From Clostridia bacterium (GTDB lineage: Bacteria > Bacillota > Clostridia > Christensenellales > Borkfalkiaceae), in assembly GCA_028720205.1 (NCBI GenBank), contig JAQYLE010000065.1:127-64126 (forward strand): a stretch of 64,000 nucleotides of DNA, given 5' to 3'. The notes under the pieces were generated by a model. That model worked only from the letters and a program-made list of their open reading frames with translations. It made no database searches and was not told where the DNA came from. Positions 51,849 through 62,800 of this stretch are shown here, piece after piece; positions within the stretch are counted from its first letter, which is position 1; every line of letters starts with the position of its first letter. The position numbers were made by a program, and so were the translations under genes.

Positions 51849-53792
51849 TTACATTCCCTCGCGCGATTGCAACCACCACTCGCAAAATTCGAGAACGACC
51901 AGCGCAACGGCAAAACAGAACAACAGATCTTTATAAAAATCTTCCGCAGTCGCTTCGGAATACGGCTCGGCAATGCTGTCCGCAACGGCTTTGATATTGC
52001 TTTCCGCTGCGGGAATTCTTACGTAAATGCTTTCCGTCACCGACTTTCCGAAATACGTCGTCTGATTCAGATCGTACGTTCCGGGCAGCGCCAGAGTCAA
52101 CGTGGCGGGAAATTCGTCGAACGATTGTTCCGCGTTGCCGGAAACGTACAGCGTTTCGCCCCGCGCGTTCAGCGTAACCTTCTCGTTCACTTCAAACGAA
52201 TTGCCCACCACCGTAGGCGGCAGAAAGTAATTTAACAGGTTTCTTATCAACAGCGGAAATTCGGGCAGCAACGCAAGCGAGGAATAATCCAGACCGAACG
52301 ACATTACGCCCACTTTCGTCGCCCCTTCGTCCTTTATCAGAAGTACGGGGCTGTTGTCGCAACTGAGCACTTCTTCGTATCCCGCGTCGTGGCGAATAAT
52401 TTTCACGAAGCGGCTCAGCGTTATTATTTCGGGGTCTATTCCTTTCAATATCTCATGCGGATTTTCTTCCGTAAGAGGAATCTGCTGCCCTCTGTAATCG
52501 TAAGCGTCGCCCACCTGCAAACCGCTGCCTGCGGGCGCGGAATCGGGATCTACCAGCAGCACCACGCCGTCCGTGGGAAGAGATTCGGGCATCTGATGCT
52601 CGAAAATATAAAAATCGTACCCCTCCGTAAGAGGCGCTTCGCCCTGTTTCACTTCGTTGAAAACGATGTCCCACCGGTCGGCGTATCCGGCTTTCAGCAC
52701 CAGAAACGCCGCGTTGAAGAAACTGTTGGGCGCGGAACTTGCATATTGCACTTTCAGCACCTCTTTCTGTCCGCCGTAGATATAAAAATTGTTATCTTCG
52801 GCAAACGAATCGGTTTCGTTTATCGCTATATTCACCACCTGATACGAATAGAGCGCGTCGATGGGATATACGGTAACGTTTTCCGTTTCGTACTCCTCTA
52901 TGCCGCTTTCCTGATTTCGGAAAATAATCCTTTGCACGGTATCCTGGGGGCAGGTAACCAGAGTTTCGTACGAATACACCGCGCCCGTATCGGTTTTATC
53001 GGACGCGTTCGCCCCGCTCACGGTTATATTCAGTTCTATTTCGCTGTTTCTGCCGTAGCAGGCGACTTCCACAAAGAAAGTGTAATAATTTTCCTCCACT
53101 TCGGCGTATGCGTTTAAAATAGCGGCGTTCCATTCGTCCTCGCCGGAAACGTTCATCAGCGTAACCGAAGAGGGAACGTACGAATACGCGTTATCGGTGA
53201 ACAGATAAATTTTAGCGGAAGGATTCTCCGTTAAAACGTCCTCGCACAGCGCAATCGCTCCGTCCACGTCGGAAACGCCGTACGAACAGGCGTTGTCCCG
53301 AACGAGTTTTTTTACGTTATTTATAAGCGTTTCTTTATTTTCCGCCGCCAGGCGTTCCGCCAGAAAATACGGTTCGTCGTTCGCTACCAAAACGGAAACG
53401 ACGCCGTTTTGCGAAAACACCTCGTCCGATAATTCCAGAACGCCGTCCGCCGCCCTTTCAAAGCGCGAATATTCGTCGGTCTGCGCGCGCATGCTTGCGG
53501 AAGAATCGATGATGGCGATCACTTCCCTTACGTCCGACTGCGCTTTTAAAACCTGATTCGGCTTGGAAAGAATCAAAGCGCAGGCGGCGATAATCGCAAT
53601 CTGACAGAATATAATAAGAAAATTCCGTAATTTGCTTGTGGGAATCCTCTTCTTTTTATATTTAAGGCTCAACTTCCATACATACGTACTGGAAATGTAT
53701 TTTTGCTGGAAATTCGGTTTGATGATGTAGATGATAATCAACGCGATAATTCCCAGCAGCCCCAATAATCCTAAGGGAGCCAATAACTTCAT
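51849..53792 (-). CDS. BatA-like protein (aerotolerance-regulator N-terminal double TM plus VWA domain)
   Basis: 647 aa. N-terminus LLAPLGLLGLLGIIALIIIYIIKP plus a second TM. VWA with AIIDSSASM...YLFTDN. ATGA overlap with the DUF58 gene. Confidence 0.82.
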   Translation of the reverse strand: MKLLAPLGLLGLLGIIALIIIYIIKPNFQQKYISSTYVWKLSLKYKKKRIPTSKLRNFLIIFCQIAIIAACALILSKPNQVLKAQSDVREVIAIIDSSASMRAQTDEYSRFERAADGVLELSDEVFSQNGVVSVLVANDEPYFLAERLAAENKETLINNVKKLVRDNACSYGVSDVDGAIALCEDVLTENPSAKIYLFTDNAYSYVPSSVTLMNVSGEDEWNAAILNAYAEVEENYYTFFVEVACYGRNSEIELNITVSGANASDKTDTGAVYSYETLVTCPQDTVQRIIFRNQESGIEEYETENVTVYPIDALYSYQVVNIAINETDSFAEDNNFYIYGGQKEVLKVQYASSAPNSFFNAAFLVLKAGYADRWDIVFNEVKQGEAPLTEGYDFYIFEHQMPESLPTDGVVLLVDPDSAPAGSGLQVGDAYDYRGQQIPLTEENPHEILKGIDPEIITLSRFVKIIRHDAGYEEVLSCDNSPVLLIKDEGATKVGVMSFGLDYSSLALLPEFPLLIRNLLNYFLPPTVVGNSFEVNEKVTLNARGETLYVSGNAEQSFDEFPATLTLALPGTYDLNQTTYFGKSVTESIYVRIPAAESNIKAVADSIAEPYSEATAEDFYKDLLFCFAVALVVLEFCEWWLQSREGM

Positions 53793-54682
53793 GATACAAT
53801 ACCCGTCTTCAGTAATTCGCCGAAGAGCACCCGCTCTATGGCGTTATCGGTACAAACCGTAATATAATCCGCCCCGCGTTTGGCGCAGAACGTTTTAATG
53901 TCGTTTTTAAACTCGTTCAACGCCTCTTCGTAGGCGTTGCGCATGGCGCGCGTTATTTTCAGTTTCATATTTTTCGGATCTTCCGCCGCCTCGGCTTCGG
54001 AGTCGATCAGATTCACCCGCCCGTCGTAGAGCGGGTCGTTTTCTTCGGGCGTCAGAATTTGCAAAAGCAGCACCTGCTGGCGATGATAACGCAGATAATC
54101 CACGGCTTTTTTCCAGTTGCTTTCCGTAAAAAAATCGGAAATAATCACGCTGAGCCCGTCGGCGTTGCCCAGAGTATTGCAATTCGTAATGCAACGCTCG
54201 ATATCCGTTTCGCCTGCAAACCGGATATTGTTAAAATCGCTGACCGCGCGGAAAAACGAATTTTTGCCGATAATCGTGCCGTAGTTGTTCTCCAGGCCCG
54301 TTGCGCGCATAAAATTGAACGATACCTTGTCCATATTGTGCACGCCTAAAAACCCCAGCGCAGCCGCGGCGGCAACCGTGTACGCGCCTTTTGCGGGGTT
54401 GTCCTTGCCCATCGACGCGGAACAATCGACGAAAATCTGAATTTTCATCTGTCTTTCGTCGGTAAACAGTTTCAAAAAGAATTTTTCAAAGCGACTGTAT
54501 AAATTCCAATCGATACGGCGTATATCGTCGCCGAGTTGATATTCCCTGAAATCGGCGAATTCTACGGTTTGCCCGTAAGTGCTCACCAGATGTTTGCCGC
54601 CGAAATAGCCCGCTAAATCGGGCTTTAAATTCAATGCCAGCGTTTCCAGACGGCTGAAAAATTCGTCGTTTAAATAAGTCAT
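53789..54682 (-). CDS. DUF58 domain-containing protein (VWA-like, MoxR partner)
   Basis: 297 aa. EFADFREYQLGDDIRRIDW block typical of DUF58, then IFVDCSASMG MIDAS-like motif. Confidence 0.85.
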   Translation of the reverse strand: MTYLNDEFFSRLETLALNLKPDLAGYFGGKHLVSTYGQTVEFADFREYQLGDDIRRIDWNLYSRFEKFFLKLFTDERQMKIQIFVDCSASMGKDNPAKGAYTVAAAAALGFLGVHNMDKVSFNFMRATGLENNYGTIIGKNSFFRAVSDFNNIRFAGETDIERCITNCNTLGNADGLSVIISDFFTESNWKKAVDYLRYHRQQVLLLQILTPEENDPLYDGRVNLIDSEAEAAEDPKNMKLKITRAMRNAYEEALNEFKNDIKTFCAKRGADYITVCTDNAIERVLFGELLKTGIVS

Positions 54683-54706
54683 CTTCTGCTCCCGCTTCCG
54701 CGCCCG

Positions 54707-55699
54707 TTATTTTTTGTATTTTTTGCTTACCTCGTCCACGATCAGTTTTATCGCGTCGTCGGCAGTCACGCGCTCCGCCACCGCCTCGAAGTTCATCTTG
54801 ATACGGTGCCGCAAAACGGGGAAGGCGAGTTCTTCTATATCGGAATACGATACGTTAAATCTTCCTTTAATCAACGCAAGCACTTTTCCTGCGGAAATCA
54901 GCGCCTGACCCGCACGGGGAGACGCGCCTACGCGGATATATTGCGTAGCGGCTTTGGCGGCGCATTCGCCAACGGGGTGGGTAGCCGCCGTCATAATCAT
55001 GGCGTAACGCAGCACTTCTTCCGCCACGGGAATTTTATTCGCCGTTTCGCGCATTTTTAAAAGTTGTTCGCCCGTGCAGGCGCAATCGGCAACTTCCGCC
55101 ATCGTCTTTTGCGTCATGCTTACAATCTGCATCAGTTCGTCCAGCGAAGGATCGGGCACGATGAGTTTAAACATAAAACGGTCCATCTGCGCTTCGGGCA
55201 GAGGATAGGTGCCGTCCTGCTCGATAGGGTTCTGCGTGGCAAGCACGAAGAACGGCTCGTTGAGTTTTCTCGATACGCCCATTACCGTTACGGTGTGTTC
55301 CTGCATGGCTTCCAGAAGAGCCGACTGCGTTTTGGGCGTGGCGCGGTTGATTTCGTCCGCAAGAATAATATTGCTGAAAATAGGGCCCGGCTGGAATTTA
55401 AACGTGGAATTCCCCTTTTCGTCCTTTACGATGATGTTCGTGCCCGTAACGTCCGCAGGCATTAAATCGGGCGTAAACTGAATACGCGAGAAGGGCAGAT
55501 CGAACACCCTGCCAAGCGAGCGTACCAGACGGGTTTTACCAACCCCCGGCACGCCTTCCAGAAGAACGTTGCCGCCCGCGATCATCGCGATAATCGTACC
55601 GCGCACCACTTCCTGCTGCCCGATGACGTCCCTCGAAACCTGTTCGAAAATGTTTGCGCATTGTTTGCTGAATTGTGCTATATCGTTTTCCGTTACCAT
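54707..55699 (-). CDS. MoxR-family AAA+ ATPase
   Basis: 330 aa. Walker A GVPGVGKT, Walker B ILADEINRATPKTQSALLEAMQE, LATQNPIEQDGTYPLPEAQMDRF, typical of the AAA_3/MoxR family. Confidence 0.93.
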   Translation of the reverse strand: MVTENDIAQFSKQCANIFEQVSRDVIGQQEVVRGTIIAMIAGGNVLLEGVPGVGKTRLVRSLGRVFDLPFSRIQFTPDLMPADVTGTNIIVKDEKGNSTFKFQPGPIFSNIILADEINRATPKTQSALLEAMQEHTVTVMGVSRKLNEPFFVLATQNPIEQDGTYPLPEAQMDRFMFKLIVPDPSLDELMQIVSMTQKTMAEVADCACTGEQLLKMRETANKIPVAEEVLRYAMIMTAATHPVGECAAKAATQYIRVGASPRAGQALISAGKVLALIKGRFNVSYSDIEELAFPVLRHRIKMNFEAVAERVTADDAIKLIVDEVSKKYKK

Positions 55700-55755
55700 T
55701 TTTTTCTACCGTACTTCCTGTAATTATTTTTTTTAGCCGTTGCCGATAACAAGGT

Positions 55756-56799
55756 TTATTTTGCTATCGTCTTAAAATATTCGTTGATAAGTTCTTTTTC
55801 TTCGTCGGAAAGATCGTCGTTTTCGTTCATTCTTTCCAGGGCGTCGTCGTAGGCGTTCTGATACACCTGCCCGCCGTAATACGTTTGGCCGTCGTATACC
55901 TGATTGTGTTCTTCGTACGTGCCGCTTGCGCCTCGGTTGGGGTCGCCCTCGCCGTTTATATCGCTTTCGCCTTCGCCGCCGACCTCCCCGGGCAAATCGC
56001 CGGGTTTGTCGCCCTCCCCGGGCATATCCCCGTTGCCGCCCGCCTCGTCGATAGGCAGAAACACGGCGTAGTACGTAACGCTTGCGCGGATATTGCCGTC
56101 TGCCCTGTACGGATCGTCGGAGCCGTCGGACCAATATACGAAAGCAAATCCGTCCTCGGGCACGGCAAGCACGGGAGAAGCGTCGAATCCTTCTTCAACC
56201 ACCTGAAAAATATCGCCTTCGATCATGCCCTCGCCCATATACACTTCGTACGAAACTTCAAACTGTTTCGCCGGCTGATTATCGATGACTTCGCCGAGCG
56301 TTTCCGAGCCGCTTGCGATCGTTCCGTTGGCGGCAAGCGCGGAGACGGTGGTCATGCCTATGCCGCAGACGGCGGAAAAGACAAGCGCGACAATCATAGG
56401 AACGGACACGGCGATTTTAATGAGTTTTTCGCTGATTCCGTTGGAAGTAAGCGCTTTTATCGTATCCGCGCGTTGCATGGCGGCGATTTCGGAATTTTCC
56501 TTTTCGAGTTCCGTCATGGTAAGCACGCGCTCTTCCAAACCGAGTTTATCGATGCGTGCGGCGGTCTGTTTTGCCGTAGGGCGGAACTTTTTAAAATAGA
56601 AAAGCGCCCCCGCGCCTCCCGCGACGACAACAAAGACGATCGCGCCCGGCCACACCGCTTTCGCGGCAAACATCCACGCGATGAATTCATAGAGAAGTAA
56701 TGCCGAAAAGCCGAAAACCGCCCCGGCGAAAGAGGCTTTGATAACCGCCTCTTTCACTAACTTCGAGCGGTACTTTTTTAATATGTTTTTTAAGTCCAT
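55756..56799 (-). CDS. Membrane protein (3 TM) with InlB-B-repeat-like ectodomain and acidic G/E/D/P-rich tail; N-terminal part reminiscent of DUF4175
   Basis: 347 aa. TM1-TM2 hairpin, AARIDKLGLEERVLTMTELEKEN segment, TM3, then ...VPEDGFAFVYWSDGSDDPYRADGNIRASVTYYAVF and GNGDMPGEGDKPGDLPGEVGGEGE. The DUF4175 label is a recollection, not a search result. Confidence 0.75.
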   Translation of the reverse strand: MDLKNILKKYRSKLVKEAVIKASFAGAVFGFSALLLYEFIAWMFAAKAVWPGAIVFVVVAGGAGALFYFKKFRPTAKQTAARIDKLGLEERVLTMTELEKENSEIAAMQRADTIKALTSNGISEKLIKIAVSVPMIVALVFSAVCGIGMTTVSALAANGTIASGSETLGEVIDNQPAKQFEVSYEVYMGEGMIEGDIFQVVEEGFDASPVLAVPEDGFAFVYWSDGSDDPYRADGNIRASVTYYAVFLPIDEAGGNGDMPGEGDKPGDLPGEVGGEGESDINGEGDPNRGASGTYEEHNQVYDGQTYYGGQVYQNAYDDALERMNENDDLSDEEKELINEYFKTIAK

Positions 56800-56827
56800 A
56801 ACAATCCCTTTTTTTAAGCATAGTACC

Positions 56828-56857
56828 CATTCCGCGGCGGATGCCGCGAAATGGGCA
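56828..56857. other. Intercistronic GC-rich hairpin without U-tract
   Basis: CCCATTCCGCGG-CGGATG-CCGCGAAATGGG (11 of 12 bp) between the giant LRR gene stop (56896) and the next start (56799). Confidence 0.6.
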
Positions 56858-56895
56858 AGATTAGTAATTTGTTCGCTGATTGTTGCTACGGGCGG

Positions 56896-59800
56896 TTATT
56901 CGGTTACCGCCTTATCGTACACAACGGTGATTGTTGCTTTAGTGGCTGTGAGCAAAGGTTTCAACCCGGGAAGCAGATCTTCTTCCGAAGCGTACGGCAC
57001 GTGTACCGTAACCGTGCATCCGGCGAACGCGTTAGCGTTTACCGAAAGAACCGATTCGGGAAGAACGATTTCGGTAAGCGCCGTGCATTTCTGGAATGCG
57101 TTTGCCGGAATCGTGGTAATGCCGTTACCGATCGTCACGCTTTCCAGCGCCGTGCAACCGGAGAACACGCTGCCATTGAACGAGGTGATCGATCCGGGAA
57201 GGTCTATGCTCTTCAATGCCGTGCAATTGTAGAACGCAGAAGCACCGATAGTTTTAAGCGACTTGGAAAGTTGAACGCTTTCCAACTGCTTGCAACCGTA
57301 GAACGCGTAAGAACCGATGTTCGTCACCGTATCGGGGATTACAACGGAAGTGAGCGCGCAGTTGCGGAAAGCATAATTACCGATCGTTTGCAACTCTTCG
57401 CCTAAGGTAACGCTTGCCAGTTTTGTACAACCGTCAAACGCATTCGTACCTATCGTCTTCACCCCTTCCGACAACTCCGCCGAAGTAAGCGAAGTGCAGC
57501 CGTTAAACGCATAGTTTCCTATTGATTTTACGCCCGCGGGGATATTGACGCTTTCCAATGCGGAACAACCTTTAAAGGTGTTGTTAGGGATTTCGGTAAC
57601 GCTGTTCGGAAGAACCACCTTCGTTATCTTCTTGCAATTTTCAAAAGCGTTGCTGTATAACGTAACGCCTTCGGCAAGCACCACTTCGCCTTCAACGAAT
57701 GCAGGGCAGTAAACCAACTGCTCTTCGATAGTGTAGATCCAGCCGTTTTCGCTCTTATACGTAACGTTCGCGGCGTCGATGACGATGTTCGTAAGTTTCG
57801 TGCAACCGGAGAACACGCCTATCCCCAGCGAAGTTACGCTTGCGGGAATTACAACCTTTTCCAAGGCGGTACAACCGCTGAACGCGGAATTATATACCGT
57901 CTTTACCGTATCGGGGAATACGAACGATTCCAACGCCGTGCAGCCCGAGAACGCTTCCTGACCGAAGCCCGTAACGCCTTTCAGCGTAATCGACTTCAAA
58001 GACGTACATCCGGAAAAGCACCATTTGCCAACGTAATCCAGGCTACCTTCAAAAACGATGTCGGAAAGCGCTTTGCAGTTTCTGAATACGTTATTGTTGG
58101 AAGTAGCCGCCGTTCCGTTACCGAGTTTAACGCCTTCGGGAATCACCAGATTATTGAGCGACGTGCAACCTTCAAAAGCCGAAATACCTATGGCTTTCAC
58201 GCTCTTAGGAATTTCCAGCGTTTTTAACTTCGGACAATTCTGAAAAGTAGAACCGGGTATCGCAGTTAGTCCTGCAGACAGGGTTACTTTTTCCAGTTGA
58301 GCACAATCTTTAAACACATATCCGGCAACGGTCACGTAACCGTTTTTGAAAGAATCGCCGCCCAAGGACGTAACGCTGTTCGGGATAACGATTTCTTTCA
58401 GCGAATTACATTTTGAGAATACATACGTGCCGAACGCAGTTACTTCGCCGCTGAACGTTACCGAAGTAAGTTTTGTACAGCCGAAGAACATATAGTTGCC
58501 GAGCGTTGTAAGTCCCTCCGGAATATTGATAGAAGTTAAGCCAACGCAATCTCTGAACAGATACGTGCCCACTTTGGTAAGCGAGGCGGGTAACTGAACG
58601 TTGTTAAGCGCCGAGCAGGAAGAGAATGTGTTGTTTCCAAGAGCGGTCACTCCATCCGGAATTTTTATAGAGGTAAGTTTCGAACATTTTTCAAAAGCAT
58701 TGGCGCCTATTTTTATAAGTTCGCTGTTTTCGCCAAACGTAACGGAGGTTAAACCGGTACAATTCGAAAAGGCGGAATCGCCAATTTCACGCACGCTGGC
58801 GGGGATAGAGACGGAAGTGATTTGCGTTTTGCCGCTGAACACGTACGCGGAAACCGTTTCTACACCGTCCGGAATGATATACTCGCCTTCCGCCGTAGAA
58901 AGAACGTAATACAGTTCTTTGCCGTCCTTGCTCATAAGCGCCGTATCCAGCAATTCTACATTCACGTTTTCGGGAGCGATCGTCAAGGTTTTAATGGAAC
59001 CGCAACCCAGAATCACCGAGGGAATGTTTGTTACCGATTTAGAGAACACAACCGTTTCCAACGCCGTGCAGCCGTTGAAGATTTTGCTGCCCACAGAAAT
59101 TTCCGTTTCCTTTTCGGGGAAGGTGAACGAGGTAAGCGCAACGCACTTTTCAAAAGCCCCGTCGCCGATTTCCTTGATTGCCGTACCCTCTGCAAACGTG
59201 AAGGAAGCCATCTTTGCCGCGTTATAAAACGCGTTATTGCCTACCTTTTCCACCGAAGCGGGCAAAGTAAACGAAGTAAGATTAACGCAACCGTAGAAGG
59301 CGCCTACGCCTATCGTCTTTAACTGCGAACCGGATTCGATGGTAAAGTTCGTAATCGCGCCGCAACCGTAGAACGCCATAGCGTCTATCGTTTCCACCGA
59401 AGCGGGCAAGGTAAACGAAGTAAGTTTCGCCGTGCTCGGGGCATTAGGACTTGTGCTGTAAAACGAATAGAACGCCTCCTGTCCTATTTCGGTAAGTTGA
59501 CTGTTCGGCGCGATATTCACCGTAACAACCTGCGCATAGTAGAACGCTTTATTCTTGATTTCCGTTACCGTAGAAGGAATGTTTACCGTAGTGATACCGT
59601 TGACCACTTCTTCGCGGTAAGGACCTTGCATAATGTCGACGATAGCAAACGCATACGAACCGATCACCGTGGTTCTTTCGGGGAAAGAGATTTCCCCAAG
59701 CGAACGGCACCCTACGAATACGCCGTAAAACGAAGGAGGTCCGCCTTCTTCTCTCCCGTCCGCAATCACCAACGGGTTGGAAGTGTTGCCTTCTTCAAAC

Positions 59801-62800
59801 TCTACTTCGCGGAGCATGGTGCACTTGTAGAACGCCATATTCCCGATGAGCGAAACCGTATTGGGAATATACACCTTGTTCAACGAAGTACAGTTGGCAA
59901 ACAGAGATTCTCCCACTTCGGTAATGCCGCTCGGCAATACCACTTCTTTCAAGCCCGTGCAACCCTCGAACACATTTTTGCCGAAGGCAAAGTTGGTTAC
60001 CGCACCGGCAAATTCCACTTTGGCAATGCCTTTGTTCTGCGCAAACGCGCCGCTTGCCACTTTCGTTACGTCGGCGGGAACGGCAAACACGCCTTTGTTG
60101 CCCGTATTGGCAACGGGGCAATAGAACAAGGTGGCGTTTACGCCGCTTTCGTTTTTCTCGTAAAGCACGCCGTTCACGGAAGCGTATTTCGCGTTTTGCG
60201 CCGCCACGTTCACCGCGCTGAGCGCCGCGCTTCCCGCAAATACGTTTAACGCGCCGTTCGTATCGGTTCCTAAAACCGTTACGCTGGCAGGTACGTTGAA
60301 GGAAACGAGCGAGTTGCAGGAAGCGAACGCCTCGCCGCTTATCGTTTGCACGCCTTCGGGAATATTCACCGTAGCGAGCGCCACGCACCCCTTAAACGCT
60401 GCCGTCGGCACCGTTTCAACCGCGGGAATGCTTACCGTGGCAAGTTTTTCGCAGTCTGCAAACGCGCTTGCGCCGAATTCGCCGACGCGGGCGGGCAAAG
60501 CCATCTGCGTAATCGCCGTTGCCGCAAAAGCATTCGCGCCGATTACAAGATTTTCCTTTCCGCCTTCTTCAAATTCCACCGTAGCAAGATTCTTGCAGTT
60601 TGCAAAGGCGTAGTCGCCTATGGAAACGATATTTTTGCCTATGGTAATCTTAGATAATTTCTTGCCGTAAAATACGTTCGCGCCGATTTCCGTAACGGTT
60701 GCGGGTATTACGTAATCCCCCGTCTGAGAGGAAGGATAATACACTATTCTGGTAACGGCTTTATCGAAGATGACGTTTTCGATAACGGAATAATTCGGGT
60801 TGCCGTCGGCAACGGAAACGTAAGAAAGTTCCGTACCGAACGCGCCGTTAATATCGAGCACGCCGCATTCCGCGCCGATATTGAGTTTTTCAACGTAATA
60901 TACGGGCGTTTTATCCGTAGTGCCGAACGCGGCGTTTTCAAACGTGATATCCGCGCCGCAGTTCACCGTTACTTCCGTAAGGTTCTGGGTATTGCCGAAT
61001 GCGTTTTTGGCAAGCACGGAAAGATTTTCGGGTAAAACGATAGCGGAAAGCGCCGTACAACCGTAAAACGCAGATTCGCCTACGGTAAGTTTTTCGTTAT
61101 ATTTGTCTCCTTCGAATACCGCCGAAGCAAGTTTCGTACAGCCGGAGAACGCCTGCGCGCCGATTTCCGTTACGTATCCGGGTACAACCAGCGCAGTAAG
61201 TTTCGTACAGCCGAAGAACGCTTTATCCGCTACGGAATTAACGCCCGCAGGTATGGTATAAGCGCCCGTTCTTCCAACGGGGCAGAACACGATCTGCGTG
61301 CCGTCTTCGTTGCAAAGCACTCCGTTTTTCGAGGTATACGCGCCGCCCGTGCCGTCTACGTTTACAATGGCAAGCGCCGAGCATTGGGTGAAGATGTTGC
61401 TGTTAAACTCGGTAAGACGCGCGGGAAGATCGATAGAAGTGAGCGCCGTGCAGGATCTGAACGCGTTTTCGTCTATCGTCAGCGCCCCGGCGCTTTCGCC
61501 TTCCGCAGGCGCTTCAAACACCACTTGCGTCAGTTTTCTGCTGTAATAGAATGCGTTGGAGTTAATCGTGGTAACGCTTGCGGGAATCGTAACTTTGGTA
61601 ATCGACGAACTCTTGAAGATAGCCACGGGAAGCGTTTCCACCCCGTCGGGTATGACGACTTCGCCCGATCTGCCCTGCGGGAAGTATTTAAGTTCCACGC
61701 CGTTGTTTACGTTATCGTAAATAAGAATACCGTCTACGGACGTGTACGCGCCCTTGTCGTTGCTGCCCGTTTCGTATACGTTTACGCTGTACAGTTTCGA
61801 ACAACTCAGGAACGCGGTACCCGTTTCAATCAGTTTCACCGTATCGGGAATATTCACCGTTACAAGATTTCTGCAAAGTTGGAAAGCGCTGCCTTCCACG
61901 GTGGTAACGGGCTTGCCGTTGTATTCCGTAGGCACCGTCACTTCGGAAACGAGATCGATCGATTTGCCTTTCGATAACGAATACGCGTTGCCGTTTTCGA
62001 TTTCGTTAAAGGTAAACACCGTTACCCATGCGGCATAGAAAGTTCTGCCGTCTTCGTTGTAATCCCATACGGCAAGGCTGTTTCCTTTTTCGTCGGTATA
62101 TCTCGTGCCTTGCGCGTTAGGTTGCGAATACCAGCCCGCGAACGCCTTTGCAGCGTCGGAATTGGCTACGGGCATCGCAACGGTATAGTCGCGCTTATAC
62201 GTTACCTGCGCCGTCGTGGGGTTGTCGCCCGCGTCCGCGTCGCCGAAATCGAGTTGAACGGTGTAATCCTTGGGAGTCCACGCCGCATACAGCACTATGT
62301 CGGTAGTTTCTGAGAACGCAATATCGCTATACAACGCGCCGTTGTTCGCCGCGCCGCCGGGGAGCGTATACCAACCGGCAAAATCGTACCCTGCGGCTTG
62401 CGTTTCAGGCAGCGTAACGGGGTCGCCCACCGCTTTATACTGCGTTTTCACAGCCGCGCCGCCGCGCGCGTCGAAGATGACGGAATAAGCGTACGCTTCC
62501 ACGCTCGCCCATTTGATTTCGCTGTTGTTTTCGCCGATATAATATACGTCGATTACGTTTACGCCGCTCTTCGTCAACGCCACAGCCGCGCCGAACGCGC
62601 CGTCGGTAACGGTTGTCGCCGCAACGCCGTTCACTTTCACCGCGTATCCCGCGGCGTTCGCAACGGGCTTCCACGTTACCGTACCGTTCGCGTAAGAAGC
62701 CGCGGAAACGCCGTCGCCGTAACTCACCGACAACGCTTCGCTGTATACGGAACTTTCGCTTTCCGTAGCGGCAACGGCTTTCACCGATACCTCGTACGTG

